A stretch of 64,000 nucleotides of DNA from Candidatus Multivoradales bacterium (lineage in GTDB: Bacteria; Acidobacteriota; Thermoanaerobaculia; Multivoradales; J023): positions 618,766 to 682,765 of the forward strand of contig CBDFNS010000025.1 of NCBI GenBank assembly GCA_965250305.1, in the 5' to 3' direction. The notes beneath the pieces are model-generated. The model was not told where the DNA came from and did no database searches. It saw only the letters and a program-made list of their open reading frames with translations. The position numbers and the translations under genes were made by a program. Shown piece after piece: positions 60,104 through 64,000 of the stretch; position 1 is the first letter of the stretch, and each line of letters begins with the position of its first letter.

Positions 60104-61668
60104 AACGGTTGGGGGTCCGGAACTTTCTGCTCGGGCTTGGCATCGTGATCGCCGCTGTGCCGGCCGCAGCACATATTGGTAGTCCCAATACGTTCTTCGA
60201 GGGTCAGGCCGGGCCGTACCCCATCCGGGTGATGGTAATGGTGTCGGGGGTGGTGCCTGGGTTGGCCGAGATCTCGATTCGGGTCAAGGAAGGGGTTGCA
60301 GACACCGTGACCGCGCGGCTGGTCCGTTGGGACGTTGGTGTAGCGGGTTCACCCTCTCCTGACCTGGCGACGCCGTTGCGTGGCGAACCCGGTCTCTATA
60401 CGGCCGAGCTGTGGCTCATGACCTCGGGCTCCTACAGCGTTCACGTGGAGGTTGCCGGTGCTCAGGGCCAAGGCATCGCGATCGTGCCGGTGCCGTCCGA
60501 CGCCACCGAGCAATTGACCATGAGCCCGATTCTGGGCTGGATTCTCTTCGGGTTGGGTTTGCTGTTGTTCGTCGGTGCGGTAACCGCGGTGGGTGCGGCA
60601 GTGCGTGAGAGCGTACTGACTCCAGGGGTCGAACCGGATGAGAAGCGCATGGGTCGCGCCCGTTGGGCGATGGTCGGCACCACGGCGGTGTTGGCGTTGG
60701 CGCTCTATGGCGGCAAGCAGTGGTGGGAAAGCGAAGAAGCGCAAAACGCCGCGAGCCTGTTTCGACCGTTGGCGGTCTCAGCCAGCGCCTCCGTCGAGCC
60801 ATCAGGGCACCGAACGTTGGTGTTCCGGATCGATGAAGAAGACTGGCGTGCCCGCCGTTGGACGCCGATCGTGCCGGATCACGGCAAGCTCATGCACATG
60901 TTCCTGTTGCGTGAGCCCGATCTCGACGCCTTCGCACACATTCATCCGATCAAACAAGACGAGGACACCTTCTCGGTATCCGTCCCGCCGTTGCCGGCGG
61001 GTCGGTATCGGATCTACGCCGACGTCACCCAAGGCAGCGGCTACGCCCACACCATGACCGCGGAGGTCGAAATCCCAGGTCTCGAGCCCGGCGTTGCGAT
61101 CGAGCCCCGCGTTGATGCGTTGGCGCCCGATCCGGACGACTCTTGGCACACCGGCAACGGGCAGGGTGGCCCAGTGTACACATTCGACGACGGCATGCGC
61201 ATGGTCTGGGAGCACGGCGGCGACCCGCTCAGGGTCGACGAGGCGTTTGCCTTGCGCCTGCGTTTGGAAGCGGCCGATGGCGTTGTCGCGCCGCTCGAAA
61301 ACTACATGGGCATGTTGAGCCACGCCGCCGTGCGCCGAACCGACGGCGCCGTGTTCACCCATCTTCATCCCACGGGTACGGTTTCGATGGCGGCCCAGGC
61401 CCTGTTTCGTGCCGAGAGCTTTCAGCGGCGCGATGAGGAAGGCAACGCCCCCAGCGATGCTGCGCTCGAGGCCTCGACGTCCGGCATGCACAGTGAGCAT
61501 GGCATGCACGAAGGGCATGCCATGCCGGCGGTCACCACCGTTGACTTGCCCTACGCCTTCCCCAAACCGGGCACCTATCGAATCTGGGCCCAGCTCAAAA
61601 GTGGGGGTCGGGTCTACACCGGTGTTTTTGACGCGGAGGCGGTGGAGTGGCCGGAACGCGGACTATGA
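60100..61668 (+). CDS. Exported/membrane His-rich putative metal-binding protein
   Basis: Signal peptide ending AAAH, DHGKLMH, AHIHP, YMGMLSHA, FTHLHP, MHSEHGMHEGH; ATGA coupling. Confidence 0.7.
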   Translation: MKRLGVRNFLLGLGIVIAAVPAAAHIGSPNTFFEGQAGPYPIRVMVMVSGVVPGLAEISIRVKEGVADTVTARLVRWDVGVAGSPSPDLATPLRGEPGLYTAELWLMTSGSYSVHVEVAGAQGQGIAIVPVPSDATEQLTMSPILGWILFGLGLLLFVGAVTAVGAAVRESVLTPGVEPDEKRMGRARWAMVGTTAVLALALYGGKQWWESEEAQNAASLFRPLAVSASASVEPSGHRTLVFRIDEEDWRARRWTPIVPDHGKLMHMFLLREPDLDAFAHIHPIKQDEDTFSVSVPPLPAGRYRIYADVTQGSGYAHTMTAEVEIPGLEPGVAIEPRVDALAPDPDDSWHTGNGQGGPVYTFDDGMRMVWEHGGDPLRVDEAFALRLRLEAADGVVAPLENYMGMLSHAAVRRTDGAVFTHLHPTGTVSMAAQALFRAESFQRRDEEGNAPSDAALEASTSGMHSEHGMHEGHAMPAVTTVDLPYAFPKPGTYRIWAQLKSGGRVYTGVFDAEAVEWPERGL

Positions 61669-61800
61669 TCCTCGATTCGTCGCCTATTTCGCTAACTTTG
61701 CTATGAGGTAGGGTTCTGAAGGGCGTCACCACAATCGGGCGACCACGCTGTGTGGCAACAGCTCGATGCGATTTGTGGTGGTTTCCGCTGCAGCGTCTAG

Positions 61801-61961
61801 CCCTAAAACAAGCGCATACGAAGGATGAGATGCGCGAAGATCTTGAGGCTCAAGTGCTTACGAAAAGCGCAGGCGCACCCGAAGGTTCGTTGAGTATTTT
61901 CGGAAGTGATTGAGCCCAAGAGATTTGTGTAGATCGCCTTCAAGATGCGCTGGTTTTGGGT
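61801..61961. mobile_element. 161-bp MITE, copy B (inverted relative to A), flanked by CTAG
   Basis: Reverse complement of 47354-47514 with three differences seen; CTAG at 61797 and 61962. Confidence 0.85.
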
Positions 61962-62028
61962 CTAGCCTAACGCCTAAATCGAGTGAGCGGTTCGAGGGAG
62001 TTGTCGTCGTGTGCTATCCGTCGCGTTG

Positions 62029-64000
62029 CTACTCTGCCTGCAGTGCCTCGAGCTTGCTGCGCAAGTGCTCGATCTGAGTGGCGATCTCGGCTTCGACGTC
62101 GCCACTCGCATTCTCACGTTCAGCCTCGAGTGCCCGAATTTTCTCTTCGATCTCGCGTGCGAACTGCTCGTCGGTACTGCCGCGATCGACCGATCGGAGG
62201 TACTGCTCGTGCTCCCGCTCGAGGGCCTCGACCTGGGCGAGGTGCTTGGCGGCGTCGTCTTCGACGCGCCCTTCGAGCACTTTGGCTTTCGCCATCGAAG
62301 CCTCCATCTCGGCTTCGACGGACGCGGCCTCCTGTTCGAAACGTTTGGCGATGGCCATCCGCTCGCTCTCAGCTTGAGCTTGTTGGATCTTCATGGCGCG
62401 TTCGAACTCTCGAGCCTCTTCCATCAGGCCCGCGGCCTCAGCAAAGTCGCGTTCGTGGCCGCGGGTTTGTTGGCGATGCGCCATTGCTTCTTTTTGGAGC
62501 GCGATCGCTTGTTGGCGGTGCTCATGCTCGACCTCGGCGCGTGCTCGCTGTATCGCGCGCGCCTGGTCGGCCAACTCACGCGCGTCGCCGTGGGCGCCGC
62601 GTGCCTCGAACTCGCGAGCCCGCTGCGCATGCTCGCGGGCTTCGCGGGTTAACTCACGGGTGCGTGTCCTCGTTTCGCGCTCGAGCGTACGCTCGCGCTG
62701 TCGCAGCACCAGCTCGTTTTCGAGCCGCTCACGTTGTCGTGAGATTTTCTCGATGCTGGCGGTGTCGCCTTCGGCCTGAAGGGCGTCGACCTGAACCTCG
62801 ATCTCCGCTCGCATGGTGTCGTACTCCAGCGCGATGGCTTGATCTTCGAGATCCAGGCGTTGGTCTTCGAGCGCCTCCATTTGCGACTCGAGGTCGTGTG
62901 CAGAGCGTTCCAATTCTTGCCGCTGGGCCTCGAGGCGTTTCAAGGCTTGCTGGTGTGTAGCTTCTTTGGTTGATGCCTCGCGGTCGGCACGAATCGGCAA
63001 GACAGCCAACACGGCCAGGGCGAGCACGGCGATCGCGCCGCGGCTGAAGGGGGAGAGCAGCTTGGGGGTTCGTTCGGTGATGATCATTGTCAGTCTCTCT
63101 TCCAAGTCGTCGCGGGTGTTCATGCCAGTGGCTGTCGCGGGCAGGGCCGCGACAGGCTGGTTGGTCGGAGCGGAGGTCAACACGGTGAGGGTTTCGAGCA
63201 GGCCGGTGGCATAGGCTCTGGCGGAGCCAGGTAGCGCGAAGGTCACCCAGGCATCGCACGAACGCTCTTCGGCGCGTCGTAGATTGCGGCGGGCTAGCCA
63301 AACGAGCGGGTGCCACCAATACAGAACCGTGGCCGCGAGCTCGATCATGCGCACCCAGTGATCCCGACGTCGCAAGTGCGCAAGTTCGTGGGCGAGCACG
63401 GCGTCGATTTCATCTTGATCGAGCCGGTCGAGTAGAGGGGTTGGAAACAGCACGACTGGACCGCGCCAGGTCGAACACAGCGCGGGAGACATCGGAACGT
63501 CCACCAGCCGTAGTGCTGGCAATCTACGGAGGCCGAGGCGTTTGCCGATGGTAGCGAGGCGTTCGTACAGCAATGCCGGTGCCTCAACGGCCGCTGCGAC
63601 GCAGCGTTGGAAACGCGCGATCCGGACGGCGACCACGCTCAGAATCGTCAGACTTCCTAAAGCGAACAGCACGACAAGCAACGGCAATACGACGGAGGAC
63701 CGTACTTGCTGCGAGGCCTGCGGTTGACGTAGCGGTCGTGCTGCCGAGTGGGCTTGCGGCGTAGAAAGCCCCGGAAATGCGATCACGCCTTCGAGAGATG
63801 GAGCCTGGGTCATTGCCATGGCCGGTGGTAGGGGCGTCGAGGCAGGGAGCACCGCAACTTCGATGATCGGCGGCGTGACCAGCTTGAGCAACACCAGCAA
63901 CCACAGCGCGTGGCGCGTGGGCGCGTGTCGAATAATCCGACTGGCGATCAGAACGGCGATTCCCAAGGCGGTTGCCGTCAACAGATGAAGGGCCAGTAGC
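62029..64000 (-). CDS. M56 family (BlaR1/MecR1-like) peptidase with a coiled-coil C-terminus; 5' end probably beyond the window
   Basis: HALWLLVLLKLVTPP, AHELAHLRRRDH, WWHPLVW, EERSCD, LEERL..I. Confidence 0.85.
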   Translation of the reverse strand, partial: LLALHLLTATALGIAVLIASRIIRHAPTRHALWLLVLLKLVTPPIIEVAVLPASTPLPPAMAMTQAPSLEGVIAFPGLSTPQAHSAARPLRQPQASQQVRSSVVLPLLVVLFALGSLTILSVVAVRIARFQRCVAAAVEAPALLYERLATIGKRLGLRRLPALRLVDVPMSPALCSTWRGPVVLFPTPLLDRLDQDEIDAVLAHELAHLRRRDHWVRMIELAATVLYWWHPLVWLARRNLRRAEERSCDAWVTFALPGSARAYATGLLETLTVLTSAPTNQPVAALPATATGMNTRDDLEERLTMIITERTPKLLSPFSRGAIAVLALAVLAVLPIRADREASTKEATHQQALKRLEAQRQELERSAHDLESQMEALEDQRLDLEDQAIALEYDTMRAEIEVQVDALQAEGDTASIEKISRQRERLENELVLRQRERTLERETRTRTRELTREAREHAQRAREFEARGAHGDARELADQARAIQRARAEVEHEHRQQAIALQKEAMAHRQQTRGHERDFAEAAGLMEEAREFERAMKIQQAQAESERMAIAKRFEQEAASVEAEMEASMAKAKVLEGRVEDDAAKHLAQVEALEREHEQYLRSVDRGSTDEQFAREIEEKIRALEAERENASGDVEAEIATQIEHLRSKLEALQAE

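Overview
The window has two halves. Positions 1-35166 are the right-hand part of a heavily IS-scarred genomic island integrated at a tRNA-Lys(UUU) gene (35167-35242, minus strand), with a phage-type tyrosine integrase next to the tRNA. The island carries (i) a tightly coupled four-gene minus-strand operon: calcineurin-like metallophosphoesterase, P-loop NTPase, putative tandem CARF-like protein and Dam-type methyltransferase; its two middle genes were each split by a clean IS insertion and can be rejoined in frame; (ii) integron-like gene cassettes with attC-like sites, two runs of which start at a hairpin at the end of a duplicated IS91-remnant/IS21 block, some with a non-canonical GAT/ATC core, and no IntI in the window; (iii) relaxase (TraA) remnants, ISAzo13, ISL3 x2, IS21 x2, an IS1182/IS5-like element and other IS. 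Positions 35243-64000 look like host chromosome, probably Acidobacteriota given the ADOP permease and its PadR: a TPR-CHAT protease/ECF sigma/anti-sigma module, an ISNCY element, an MtfA-like peptidase, an atypical ClpX-like ATPase, an M28 peptidase, DoxX, membrane proteins, an M56 peptidase and two copies of a 161-bp MITE. All family calls come from reading motifs by eye; no database search was run.
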